DNA from: Chiloscyllium plagiosum
Lineage: Eukaryota
NCBI RefSeq assembly: GCF_004010195.1
Contig: NC_057718.1
Location: forward strand, 13,557,549-13,621,548
Reading direction: 5' to 3'
DNA: 64,000 nt
Part shown: piece by piece, positions 51,159 through 64,000 of the stretch
Layout: each line of letters opens with the position of its first letter
Numbering within the stretch: the stretch's first letter is position 1
Notes under the pieces: model-generated
What the model saw: only the letters and a program-made list of their open reading frames with translations
Database searches by the model: none
Told to the model about the DNA's origin: nothing
Position numbers and translations under genes: made by a program

Positions 51159-53074
51159 CTAAAAAAATTAAATAAATTGCCAACAAGTATAATCCAAATT
51201 AAGCAGTTTTGAGGTACAATTACTATCAAAGTAGGAACTGCAGCAGCCAATTTGAGCCTGCAGACCTTTTTTTGAAATGTAACAGCAATAATTTGAACTT
51301 ACATGGAAACTTTAACATAGAAAAGTGTCCCAACGTATAAATCAGACAAAGTAAATGCACAGTCAAAGCTGGATCAAGAACAGCCTTGAAAAAGAAATGA
51401 GCTGAGATGCAGAAGGAACAGGGATGATGTGTGGACATTTTGGGGCGGGCAGGGGATCAGGGTGTGGAAGTGGAGAAGAAAATGCAGTCATATAAGGGGC
51501 TGGAGAAGAGGAGACATAGGGAGTAACAAGCTCTAAAACTCAAGGTTAAGAATTTTACGTTTGAGGTGTTGAGACACGAAAAGCCAATTGTGTCACAATA
51601 CATATTAGTGGTTTGGACACCGAAACTGAATGAAATGTACCCAAAATTCCAGGCAAGACAAAGCTAAGTGGGATGGTGAAGAGGAGGATGTGGAGGTGCT
51701 TCAGTGTGATTTAGCCAAGCAGTCAAGACCTAAACATGGTATGATTTGAAGGAGGAGTTGGATATACTACTTGGGGCTAAAGGAATTAAAGGATTTGGGA
51801 GGAAAAAGCAGGAACACATTGAGTTAGATGATCAGCCATGATTGTAACCAGGAAAGCAACAGCCTCATGGGCTGAATGACCAACTCCTGTTCTTATGTTG
51901 TGTGTTTCTACATTGAGTGAAGACATAGGTTGCGCCTGAGAAGTATGACATGCAAAACAGAATCTGCTGCATCTTTCCTTTACTTTTCATTTTATTCATT
52001 CATCAACTGCACAGGCAAGAACAGCCTCTATTGCTCGTGATTAATTACTCAAGGCGGTGAGCTCCATTCTTCAAGGCATAGTTTATGTGGTGTAGATACA
52101 GCAAGCGCTTAAATTAAGGGAACTCCAGTGACGATATTTTTCAAAGTCTGGACAGTTATGACTTGGAGAAGAACTCGCAGGTGGTGGTGTTCTCAAGCAT
52201 CCATTGCTCCCTGTGCTTCTTGGTGGAAGAAGTCACGGGTTTAGGACGTGCTCTTGACAGAGCCTTTGTAAGTTGCTGCAGTGTGTCTGACATTTACAGC
52301 TGTCAATATGGATCAACAGTATCCAGGCCAGCGTATTCCATGATAATCTCAGCCTTTGGAGTCAGCAAATGCATCATTCCTGACAGAATTCCCAATCTCT
52401 GACTTGCTCATGTCAACCTCTATTTATACAGTTAACTCAGTTCAGCTTCTGGAGAATCCAAAGGATGTCATTATGGCAGCAGGTACAGAGGCAGAAGCAT
52501 TTGCCCTGGGACATCATTCTATAACAGTGAAACCTCATGGCATTGGGCCAAATGTGGGAACGGAAGAAGTTACTTGACCTTATCCTCACCAATCCATCTG
52601 TACTACGTGTCTGACCTTGACAGTATCAATTGAAGGGACCAGAGTGGAGATGAGGTCCATTCTTCATATAGAGGATACCTTCTTCACCACAAATAATGTG
52701 ATAAATCTAACAGACTTCAAATAGATCTAGCAACTGAAAACTGGTCACACACAAGGCACTGTTGGCCATCAGGAGCAGAATTATATTAAACCACAATCTG
52801 TAATCTCATGGCTTGGCATAATGCTCACTCCAGTATGACCACAAGATCATGTTAGAAGGTCAAATCTGGTTCAATGAAGACTGCTGAAGGACATACCAGG
52901 AGTAACACAAGGAATATGGCAAAATGAAATGCAACCTCGTGAAACGACAACACAGAACTGCTTTCATTCCAAACAACAGAAAGAAAATGTCACGGAAAAA
53001 GAGGACAAATGGACTGCAGAGTTGCTCCTTTGAGGCCCCTATGAATTGTCCTTTAATGTTTTCTAACATTACCA

Positions 53075-55322
53075 TAGAGTCATAGGGAGGTACAGCATGG
53101 AACCGGACCCTTCGGTCCAACCCATCCATGCCGACCAGATATCCCAACCCAAACTAATCCCACCTGCCAGCACCCGGCACATATCCCTCCAAACCCTTCC
53201 TATTCATGTACCTACCCAGATGTCTTTTAAATATTGCAATTGTACCAGCCTCCACCACTTCCTCTGGCAGCTCATTCCATACACAGATCACCCTCTGCGT
53301 GAAAAAGTTGTCCCTTTAGATCTCTTTTATATCTTTCCCCTCTCACCCTAAACCTATGCCCTCTAGTTCTGGACTCCCCAACCCCAGGGAAAAGACTTTG
53401 CCTATTTATCCTATCCATGCCCCTCATAATTTTGTAAACCTCTATAANNNNNNNNNNNNNNNNNNNNNNNNNNNNNNNNNNNNNNNNNNNNNNNNNNNNN
53501 NNNNNNNNNNNNNNNNNNNNNNNNNNNNNNNNNNNNNNNNNNNNNNNNNNNNNNNNNNNNNNNNNNNNNNNNNNNNNNNNNNNNNNNNNNNNNNNNNNNN
53601 NNNNNNNNNNNNNNNNNNNNNNNNNNNNNNNNNNNNNNNNNNNNNNNNNNNNNNNNNNNNNNNNNNNNNNNNNNNNNNNNNNNNNNNNNNNNNNNNNNNN
53701 NNNNNNNNNNNNNNNNNNNNNNNNNNNNNNNNNNNNNNNNNNNNNNNNNNNNNNNNNNNNNNNNNNNNNNNNNNNNNNNNNNNNNNNNNNNNNNNNNNNN
53801 NNNNNNNNNNNNNNNNNNNNNNNNNNNNNNNNNNNNNNNNNNNNNNNNNNNNNNNNNNNNNNNNNNNNNNNNNNNNNNNNNNNNNNNNNNNNNNNNNNNN
53901 NNNNNNNNNNNNNNNNNNNNNNNNNNNNNNNNNNNNNNNNNNNNNNNNNNNNNNNNNNNNNNNNNNNNNNNNNNNNNNNNNNNNNNNNNNNTTTGTTCAG
54001 CAACACTCCCTAGGACCTTACCATTAAGTGTATAAGTCCTGCTAAGATTTGCTTTCCCAAAATGCAGCACCTCGCATTTATCTGAATTAAACTCCATCTT
54101 CACTTCTCAGCCCATTGGCCCATCTGGTCAAGATCCTGTTGTGTTCTCTTCGCTGTCTATTACAACTCCAATTTTGGCGTCATCTGCAAACTTACTAAGT
54201 ATATCTCTTATGCTCGCATCCAAATCATTTATGTAAATGACAAAAAGTAAAGGGCCCAGCACCGATCCTTGTGGCACTCCACTGGTCACAGGCCTCCAGT
54301 CTGAAAAACAACCCTTCACAACCACCCTCTGTCTTCTACCTCTGAGCCAGTTCTATATCCTAATGGCTATTTCTCCCTGTATTCCATGAGATCTAACCTT
54401 GCTAATCAGTCTCCCATGAGGAACCTTGTTGAACGCCTTACTGAAGTCCATATAGATCACATCTACCACTCTGCCCTCATCAATCCTCTTTATTACTTCT
54501 TCAAAAAACTCAATCAAGTTTGTGAGACATGATTTCCCACGCACAAAGTCATGTTGATGATCCCTAATCAGTCCTTGCCTTTCCTTTCCAAATACATATA
54601 TATTCTGTCCCTCAGGATTCCCTCCAACAACGTGCCCACCATGTGTTCCCTGGCTTGTCCTTACCACCCTTCTTAAACAGTGGCACCACGTTTGCCGACC
54701 TCCAGTCTTCCGGCACCTCACCTGTGACTATCGATGATACAAATATCTCAGCAAAAGGCCCAGCAATCACTTCTCTAGCTTCCCACAAAGTTCTTGGGTA
54801 CATCTAATCAGGTCCTGGGGATTTATCCATTTTTACCTGTTTCAAGACATCCAGCACTTTATTAGTCCTATTTTGTACCTGCCTGCCCTAACTGTTTGAC
54901 TCGCTTCTGTTCTCAACTGTACCAGTCTCAGATTGATCTCTTTCCTCATTATCTCGCTGGGTCTCACCCCCCCACCTTACTAGTTTAAATCCTCCCGAGC
55001 AGCCCCAGCAAATCTCCCTGCCAGTATATTAGTCCCCTTCCAATTTAGGTGCAATCCGCCCTTCTTGTACAGGTCACTTCTACCCCAAAAGAGATTCCAA
55101 TGATCCAAAAATGTGAATCCTTCTCCCATACACCAGCTCCTCAGCCATGCATTCATTTGCTCCATCTTCCTGCCCTCATCAGCTCATAGCACTGGGAGTA
55201 ATCCAAATATTACTACTCTCGAGGACCTCTTTTTTTAAATTTCTGCCTGACTCACTGTAATCTCCCTTCAGAATTTCATCCTTTTCCCTTCCTATGTCAT
55301 TGGTTCCAATGTGGACAATGAA
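53075..55322 (-). mobile_element. CR1 LINE with ORF1 esterase fragment, internal deletion and RT/3' end (spans a gap)
   Basis: ORF1 [38 protein letters not shown]; standard 3' UTR. Confidence 0.92.
53448..53991. other. Assembly gap
   Basis: N run. Confidence 1.
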
Positions 55323-55393
55323 TCACAATGGGCTTCGACCTGACGGTACAGTTCTATGTCTGAAGTACATTTACAGCTGAGAAGACAACCTAC

Positions 55394-55542
55394 CAAAACA
55401 TACGGGCGTGTAAAAATATATTAGTAAATATTGCAACGATTGAAGAAAATCACACTGAAAGGTCATAATCACCCTGGTCATTGGAAACAGTGGCATCCAT
55501 TAAGCTCTTGAGTCGAGGTAATATTGGTCTTATGACATGAAC
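55394..55542 (-). pseudogene. Pseudo-exon VHVIRPILPRLKSLMDATV...TRPYVL (stop plus frameshift)
   Basis: ttttgtattttAG acceptor, GTaggt donor. End resembles dynein YNPYDL. Confidence 0.45.
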
Positions 55543-58500
55543 CTAAAATACAAAATCAAAAGTATTATGTTTTCAGCTGATTCACAAATATAATTTTTCC
55601 TAAGAACATTTTGAACAATGAAGCATTTAACAACAATAAAATTAGCTTATTATTATTTTTGTCAATTCTGACATGATAGTCGTTTAAACTTAAGAAGTAT
55701 TCAGATATCCACTCATGAGACCAAGGCATACAAGGCTACAGGCCAAGAGCTGGAAAATGGGATTACAATAATTAGGTGGTGTTTTGAACCGTACAGACTT
55801 GATGGGCCAAACAGCCTTTTTCCATGCTGTAGACATCTGTGACTCTACATACACATAAACAACAAAGAAAAAGCAAGTAGAAAGCATCTGGTTCATAATG
55901 CCCAAACCACTCATACCTGGGCTTACCAGGTTTGCCTGTGACACACACAGACCTGTTCTCAATCCTTAGGAGAGTCAAAAAAAAAATCTAAAGAAAAACA
56001 GGAAAATTTTTACTCTAAATTTAATGAAGAATTTGTTTGCCCAGGGGGTGGTGGGTATCTGGAACTCACTGCCTAAAAGGGTGGTACAGACAGGAACCAT
56101 GACATTTACATAGTATTCAGATGAATACTTCATGCCACAGCATACAAGGTTGCAAACCCAGTTCTGGAAAACAGGCATGGACATTACACCACTATGGCCT
56201 GTAAAGCTCTATGATTCAACAACTCTCAAATAAAATTCAACAAAGCTCCAGGAGGCAAGTAATCCATTAACCTTACCACCTAATCCACAACTGATTTTCT
56301 ATAATAAGAAACATACGTTCTCACTGAGGAATTTATTGAATTTCCTTTTGAATTACTGCAAGAATACCATGATCACTAGGTGTATCACCTCTATTCAAAA
56401 GGTGCAAACTCAGTATTCACAGAAACTCTTCATAATGTCTCTTGTAAAACCATATCTAATTCCTCTGCCATTTTTAAAACATCAATCATGCTTTCATAAA
56501 ATTACATTTGTATCCACTATAAACTGCCCAAGTCCTTCCATCTATTATGATAACAAATATCAAAATTTAATTACCACCTTGGTTTTTGTCAAATTAGGAC
56601 TGAAGCTACTTTGCATTGATAATAGTTGTTCACAAAGACCCTCACGTTCCTCCCTGATCCATACAGTTTCGTGGGTAGCCAGATATCAGGTAAAGTGAAC
56701 GTTCTCTCAAAAACGTAATGAGCCAAATTTCATTTGAGAGTAATTCAAAAACATTTCAGATATATATCCTCACAACGGTCATCTGCATTAGTTAGCTCAG
56801 GTTGATACTTGGAAATGAAGCACTTTTCAAAAGGGACACACGTACTCAAAATTTGCCACTTACTTGATTTTCTTCCAGTGTTTCCATTATTAAAATATAA
56901 TTTTCCCATAACTGGACAAGTTGTTTGCTTTTTTCACCCGACCACCAAAAAAGGCATGTGTCTGAAATAAAAATGATGCATGTTAAATTGAACTGAGGAA
57001 TTGCTATTTTTTTAATTATAAAATCATAACATGCAAATTTCCAGTCAAATATCAATTTCTGCAAATTATTGAACTTTGCAGATTAAAAAAAAACGTTTAC
57101 TGGCCTTCAAGTCCAATTACTCTCATTAATGTTCTCGATTATTCCTTTGTCATCTCCAAATCTCATCCCACCTAAAGTTCTTTTGGCCACCTTCCGATCC
57201 TCCAGCTCATCTAAAGCTCTACCAACGTCCTATTTCACACCAGGTCTTGATCACCGATCCATTATATTGTTCAATGCCTCAAATTTTAAATTCCAATCTT
57301 TGTGCTCAATACTTCTAAGACATTCTTTTACCCTCTAATCCTTTGCAATTTTCACTGTTCTGCTGGCCATAGTCTCTTATGCATTGCCCACCATTTCCCA
57401 AACATGAGTTAGGAGCAGGTGTGGGTCATTCAGGCTCTAAAATCTGTTTCACCATTTGATGACATTTTGGCTGATGCTAATCTGGCTTCAACTCCCATTT
57501 CCTGCTTAGTCCCCATACCTTTGATTTACTTGACAGTCAAGAATCTACCTGCCTTTGACTTGAAAATATTCAATGGTGTCTCCCATCTGCTCCCCTCACC
57601 CCCCCTCCACCTCCATCAAAAGTATAAAAACACACATTTTCCATTCACTTTCAACTATAGAGGAGTCACACTGGACTCAAAGAATTCAGTTTCTCTCTCC
57701 ACATTTGTTGGTAGACCTACTGGATTTCTCCAGCATTTTCAATGTTTGCTTCAATGACCCTATTTTTACTGGTCTCTGGAGAACAAACCTAAAACCCTCA
57801 TGAGAGAAAGAAATTCTTCTCATCTCCTTCATAAAAGGGAGACTCTATTTTTAAACTGTGTCCTAATCTACTCTCTCTCATAAGGAGAAACAAACATCTT
57901 TTCAGCACCCAACCAGTCAGGTTCCTTCAGGGTCTGGTATGGTTATATTATACACCATATTATGGCTCATTAAGATCACCTCTCATTCTTCTAAATACCA
58001 CTGGAAACAAACCCAACCTGTACTCATGAGATAACCCAGCAAGCAGTCCAGCAGGACTTCTCTGAACTGCTTCAAGTGCAGTTATGTCCATTTTAGAGAA
58101 GGAAGCCAAAACACACGTTGACAGCCAAGCTTCTAGCCCCCTTAACTCCACTCTCGGAACTACCTCCTTTGACTTCCCTGACTTCTTTTATACTTTAATA
58201 AACCTCCGTCCCTAACTAAATGTTCTGCGAAATTAAAAACACAATATACGTAAATGAAGGAAGACAGAGAGAACTAACCGTCTTCATATAAGATTGCTGG
58301 AACAGATGATCACTTGAACGCCTGAATCAATTAAAACTTAAACAGCAAAGTTTTCTTTTAAGTTTAAGAGTGTTTCCTGTTTGTGATGAATTTTAGCTTC
58401 CCTGTCACCGAATTTATACAGCTCAACCTTCTAGTTTTCTATCTTCTTTAAAAAAATATATCATTTTGAATGCCGTGACCAATCAAGATTAAACCTCACT

Positions 58501-59054
58501 TTTGTCAAAGTATTCCATATTACTCCAAAAACATTTCTTTCAATTTCCCCTTGTATTTATCTTGAACCTATATGGCAGTCACTTCAATTTAAGATTCAAC
58601 ATGAACAATCCACATTTACTCTGTTTATCCTCATCAATTTGAACTAGTCTAATAAATGCAATCATTATATGACGAAAGGACATTGACCTACCTGTTCAAA
58701 ACTTTATTTCTAACTGCAGACATCATCAATATTATTCACACATGCTTGTTGGTGTAATTCTATCCTCTTATCGCAAAAAGTATAGTCCTGCAGAGCATTC
58801 AAAGCCTAACATAATTTGCCTTAAAATCTGAAGAATGTAGTAAATTAAAATAAAGAATCTAACGGCATCATTTAGCTCCAATACATTGAGAAATTTAACA
58901 CTACAATGATAACTCTAAAGTTTATGCTTATTCACAAATGGAATATTCTCATTTGCCCTTTCTCCTAGGCAGTTTGTGTCCTGTTCTTCTGCCTCCTTGG
59001 CATTTTGCTATTCCTCAAACTTTGATATTCAACCTTTTATTTTGAAGTAGATTG

Positions 59055-62045
59055 CTAGAGCTGCTTGGGAGGATTTAAACGAGTAAGGAGGGCAGGGGTG
59101 GGACCCAGGGAGATAGAGAGGAAAGAGATCAATCTCAGACAGGTACAGTTGAGAACAGAAGCAAGTCAAACAGTCAGGGCAGGCAGGGACAAGGTAGGAC
59201 TAATAAATTAAACTGCATTTATTTCAAGGCAAGGGGCCTAACAAGGAAGGCAGATGAACTCAGGGCATGGTTAGGAACATGGGACTGGGATATCATAGCA
59301 ATTACAGAAACATGGCTCAGGGATGGGCAGGACTGGCAGCTTAATGTTCCAGGATACAAATGCTACAGGAAGGATAGAAAGGGAGGCAAGAGAGGAGGGG
59401 GAGTGGTATTTTTGATCAGGGATAGCATTACAGCTGTGCCGAGGGAGGATATTCCCAGAAATACATCCAGGGACGTTATTTGGGTGGAACTGAGAAATAA
59501 GAAAGGGATGATCACCTTATTGCGATTGTATTATATACCCCCTAATAGTCAGAGGGAAATTGAGAAACAAACTTGCAAGGAGATCTCAGCTATCTATAAG
59601 AATAATACGGTAGTTATGGTAGGGGATTTTAACTTTCCAAACATTGACTGGGACTGCCATAGTGTTAAAGGTTTAGATGGAGAGGAATTTCTTAAGTGTG
59701 CACAAGACAATTTTTTGATTCAGTATGTGGATATACCTCCTAGAGAAGGTGCAAAACTTGACCTACTCTTGGGAAATAAGGCAGGGCAGGTGACTGAGGT
59801 GTCAGTGGGGGAGCACTTTGGGGCGGCGACCATAATTCTATTTGTTTTAAAATAGTGATGGAAAAGGATAGACCAGATCTAAAAGTTGAAGTTCTAAATT
59901 GGAGAAAGGCCAATTTCGACGGTATTAAGCAAGAACTTTCAAAAGCTGATAGGGGGGCAGATGTTCGCAGGTAAAGGGACGGCTGGAAAATGGGAAGCCT
60001 TCAGAAATGAAGTAACAAGAATCCAGAGAAAGTATATTCCTGTCAGGGTGAAAGGGAAGGCTGGTAGGTACAGGGAATGCTGGATGACTAAAGAAATTGA
60101 GGGTTTGGTTAAGAAAACGAAGAAAGCATATGTCAGGTATAGACCAGATAGATCAAGTGAATCCTTAGAAGAGTATAAAGGACGTAGGAGTATACTTAAG
60201 AGGGAAATCAGGAGTGCAAAAAGGGACATGAGATAACTTTGACAAATAGAATTAAGGAGAATCCAAAGGGTTTTTACAAATATATGAAGGACAAAAGGGT
60301 AACTAGGGAGAGAATAGGGCCCCTCAAAGATCAGCAAGGCAGCCTTTGTGTGGAGCCGCAGAAAATGGGGGAGATACTAAACGAGTATTTTGTGTCAGTA
60401 TTTACTGTGGAAGAGGACATCGAAGATATAGAATGTCGGGAAATAGATGATGACATCTTGAAAAATGTCTATATTACACAGAGGAGAAAGTGCTAGGTGT
60501 CTTAAAACGGTTAAAAGGTGGATAAATCCCCAGGACCTGATTAAGTGTACCCTAGAACTCTGTGGGAGGCTGGGCCTCTTGCTGAGATATTTGTATCATC
60601 AATAGTCACAGGAGGGGTGCCGGAAGACAGGAAATTGGCTAATGTGGTGTCACTGTTTAAGAAGGGTGGTAAGGACAAGCCAGGGAACTACAGACCAGTG
60701 AGCCTGACATCAGTGATGGGCAAGTTGTTGGAGGAAATCCTGAGGGACAGGATGTACATGTATTTGGAAAAGCAAGAACTGATTAGGGATAGTCAACATG
60801 GCTTTGTGCGTGGGAAATCATGTCTCATAAACTTGATTGAGTTTTTTGAAGAAGTAACAAAGAGGATTGATGAGGGCAGAGCGGTGGACATGATCTATAT
60901 AGACTTCAGCAAGGCGTTCGACAAGGTTCCCCATGGGAGACTGGTTAGCAAGGTTAGATCTCATGGAATACAGAGAGAACTAGCCATGTGAATACAGAAC
61001 TGGCTCAAAGGTAGAAGACAGAACGTGATGGTAGAGGGTTTTCAGTCTGGAGGCCTGTGATCAGTGGAGTGCCATAAGGATCGGTGCTGGGTCCTCTACT
61101 TTTTGTCATTTATATAAATGATTTGGATGTGAGCAGAAGAGGTACGGTTAGTAAGTTTGCAGAGGACATCAAAATTGGAGGTGTGGTGGACAGTGAAGAA
61201 AGTTACCTCAGATTACAATAGGATCTTGATCAGATGGGCCAATGGGCTGAGAAGTGGCAGATGGAGTTTAATTCAGATAAATGCGAAGTGCTGCATTTTG
61301 GGAAAATAAATCTTAGCAGGACTTATACACTTAATGGTAAGGCCCTAGGGAGTGTTGCTGAACAAAGACATTGGAGTGCAGGTTCATAACTCCTTGAAAG
61401 TGAAGTTGCAGATAGATAGGATAGTGGAGGCATTTGGTATGCTTTCCTATGTTGGTCAGAGTATCGAATACAGGTAGTGGGAGGTCATGGTTAGGCCACA
61501 TTTGGAATATTCCGTGCAATTCTGGTCTCCTTCCTATCAGAAAGATGTTGTGAAACTAGAAAGGGTTTAGAAATGATTTACAAGGATATTGCCAGGGTTG
61601 GAGGATTTGAGCCATAAGGAGAGACTGAACAGGCTGGGACTATTTTCCCTGGAGCGTCGGAAGCTGAGGGGTGATCTTACAGAGGTTTACAAAATGATGA
61701 GAGACATGGATAGGATAAATAAACAAAATCTTTTCCCTGGGGTGGGGGAGTCCAGAACTAGAGGGCATAGGTTTAAAGTGAGAGAGGAAAGATATAAAAG
61801 AGACCTAAGGGGCAACTTTTTCACACAGAGGGTAGTGCGTGTATTGAATGAGCTGCCAGAGGAAGTGGTGGAGGCTGGTACAATTGCAACATTTAAAAAG
61901 CATTTGGATGGGTATATGAATAGGAATGGTTTGGAGGGATATGGGCCGGGTGCTGGCAGGTGGGACTAGATTGGGTTGGGATATCTGGTCGGCATGGACG
62001 GGTTGGACCGAAGGGTCTGTTTCCATGCTGTACATCTCTATGATT
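59055..62045 (+). mobile_element. CR1 (HER1-like) LINE: ORF1 end, nearly complete ORF2 (APE endonuclease + RT) and 3' UTR; disrupted
   Basis: GDFNFPNIDW, LDLLLGN, PGNYRPVSLTS, QHGFVRGKSC, YIDFSKAFDKVPH; 3' tail ending ...ctgtacatctctatgattcta. Confidence 0.95.
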
Positions 62046-62319
62046 CTAGATTATATCATGACTCTGCATACGGACAACCAGGCCCCAACACTAAAACATT
62101 CATTGCCAGCATCCTTTTTGTACCTTTGCCTTTTTGTCACAGGCCTTCATTTTCTCAAAGGAAGTCCCTCCGCTGCAAATGTCTGCATTAACCACATTCA
62201 ATATACCAGCCAATTCATACATACTTTTCGCTAACAATTATAAAATGTGATGAAACATCGTCCATATCAATTAACTCTAAATTTATGAGGTTTTCTTGGT
62301 AATTAGTGAACACTAAGGT

Positions 62320-64000
62320 GTAATGACTGGATAGGGTAGAATTTGTAAGAAGCTTCCAGGAGAGTTTTCTAGAGCAGTATGTCAATAATCCGACGAGGGA
62401 AGGGACCATATTGGACCAGGTACTGGGGAACAAACCAGGACAGCTGGTAGAATTTGCGGTGGGGGATTTCTTTGGGAACAGTGACCACAATTCTGTAAGT
62501 TTTAGAATTCTCGTAGATAAAGAAGAGAACGGTCCGAAGGGAAGAGTACTAAACTGGGCCAAGGCCAATTATATCAAAATTAGGGAGGAGCTTGGAAATG
62601 TGGATTGGACACAGCTATTTGAAGGGAAGTCCACACTTGAGATGTGGGAGGCTTTCAAAGATAGGTTAAAGATCGTGCAGGATAGACATGTCCCGTTGAA
62701 GGCAAAGGATAGGAAGGCAAGATTGGTGAACCATGGATAACAGGAGAAATTGTGCGACTAGCCAAGAGGAAAAGGGAAGCGTACATAAGGTCTAGGCAGC
62801 TAAGAACAGAACGGGCCCTGGAGGAATATCGGGAGAGTAGGCCAAGTCTTAAGCGAGGAATCAAGCAGGCTAAAAGGGGTCATGAAATAGCTTTAGCGAA
62901 CAGAATTAAGGAGAATCCCAAAGCATTTTATTCTTCTATAAGAAGCAAACGGGTAACTAGAGAAAGGATTGGCCCACTAAAAGATAACAAAGGAAGGCTG
63001 TGTGTTGAACGTGAGAGAATGGACGAGATTCTGAATGATTACTTCGCATCAGTGTTCACTGAGGAGAGGAACATGATGTTGTTGAGATTAGAAACAGAAG
63101 TTTGATTAGACTGGATTACATTGATATAAGGTGGGAGGATGTGTTGGGTATGCTAAAGGATATTAAGATGGACAAATCCCCAGGACCGGATGGGATCTAT
63201 CCCAGGTTGCCGAGGGGCGAGAGAGGAAATAACTGGGGCCCTGACAGGTATCTTTTTGGCATCCTTAAATACAGGTAAGGTGCCGGAGGACTGAAGGGTT
63301 GCTCATGTTGTCCCCCTGTACAAGAAGGGAAGTAGGGATATTCTGGGTAACTACAGACCAGTGAGCTAGATGTCAGTGGTGGCAAAGTTGCTCAACAAGG
63401 TACTGAGGGATTGGATCTATTTATATTTAGAAAAGAATGGGCTTATCAGTGATAGGCAACATGGTTTTTGTGCGGGGGAGATCAAGTGAGGAAGTGACCA
63501 AATTGATAGATGAAGGGAGGGCTGTTGATGTGATATACATGGACTTTAGTCATGCGTTTGATAAGGTTCCCCATGGTAGACTAATGGAGAAAATGAAGTC
63601 ACATGGTGTGCAGGGTGTTCTAGCTAGGTGGATAAAAAACTGGTTGAGCAACAGGAGACAGAGTGTAGTAGTTGAAGGGATTTCTCGAAATGGAGAAAAG
63701 TTACCAGTGGTGTTCCACAGGGGTCAGTGTTGGGGCCACTGTTGTTTGTAATATACATAAATGATCTGGAAGAGGGCTCTGTTAGTATGATCAGCAAGTT
63801 TGCAGATGACACGAAGATTGGTGGAGTAGCAGAAAGCATAAGGGACTGTCAGAGAATACAGGAGGATATAGATAGACTGAAGAGTTGGGCGGAAAAGTGG
63901 CAGATGGTTTTCAATCCAGACAAATGTGAGGTGGTGCATTTAGACAAGACTAATTCTAGACTGAATTATACAATGAACAGAAGAGCCTTGAGAAAAGTTG
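62320..64000 (+). mobile_element. CR1 LINE ORF2 fragment of a second subfamily, truncated by the window end
   Basis: SDHNSVSF, RIKENPKAFY, YMDFSHAFDKVPH, KFADDTK. Confidence 0.92.

Larger units (their letters stand above)
410..56887 (-). pseudogene. Decayed multi-exon gene resembling the N-terminal tail of an axonemal dynein heavy chain (DNAH6/DNAH14-like); continues beyond the left edge
   Basis: About 17 minus-strand segments with AG/GT boundaries, most joining in phase. Peptides such as AGF...KLS...[47 protein letters not shown] and PHPCYVYSFVAGYQ resemble DNAH6/14 tail motifs (from memory). Several in-frame stops. Confidence 0.6.

Noticed and set aside
52897..52957. Further candidate dynein exons (52897-52957, ~56410-56700, 56864-56887 METLEENQ|gtaagt, ~4851-5050, ~1-175)
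   Set aside because: Splice-like signals are present, but frame and homology support is too weak to list them individually. 56887 is only a tentative 5' bound for the pseudogene.
1..64000. CRISPR arrays, operons or prokaryotic defence systems
   Set aside because: The sequence is vertebrate intronic and repeat DNA, with no regularly spaced repeats or gene-dense tracts.

Overview
AT-rich, repeat-dense vertebrate DNA, almost certainly cartilaginous fish: it carries elasmobranch HE1-type V-SINEs, their partner CR1 (HER1-like) LINEs and many Penelope-like elements. I found no intact protein-coding gene. Two non-repeat layers can be read by manual translation. (1) A decayed multi-exon gene on the minus strand (about 0.4-56.9 kb, running off the left edge). 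Its exons keep GT-AG boundaries and mostly chain in phase, but carry many in-frame stops and frameshifts. The reconstructed peptide resembles the N-terminal tail of DNAH6/DNAH14-type axonemal dynein heavy chains, so it is a probable pseudogene. (2) Inside one of its introns, on the plus strand (about 9.07-11.03 kb), a degraded endogenous negative-strand RNA virus element. It covers roughly the first 500-550 residues of a Mononegavirales (paramyxovirus/filovirus-like) L polymerase. About 1.1 kb of unexplained sequence just upstream may be viral membrane/glycoprotein genes. The rest is CR1 and L2-like LINEs, fold-back Penelope elements with hammerhead-ribozyme motifs, SINEs, three solo LTRs of one family, a Tc1/mariner-type MITE and three assembly gaps. 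All homology calls rest on hand translation compared with protein motifs recalled from memory; no searches were run.
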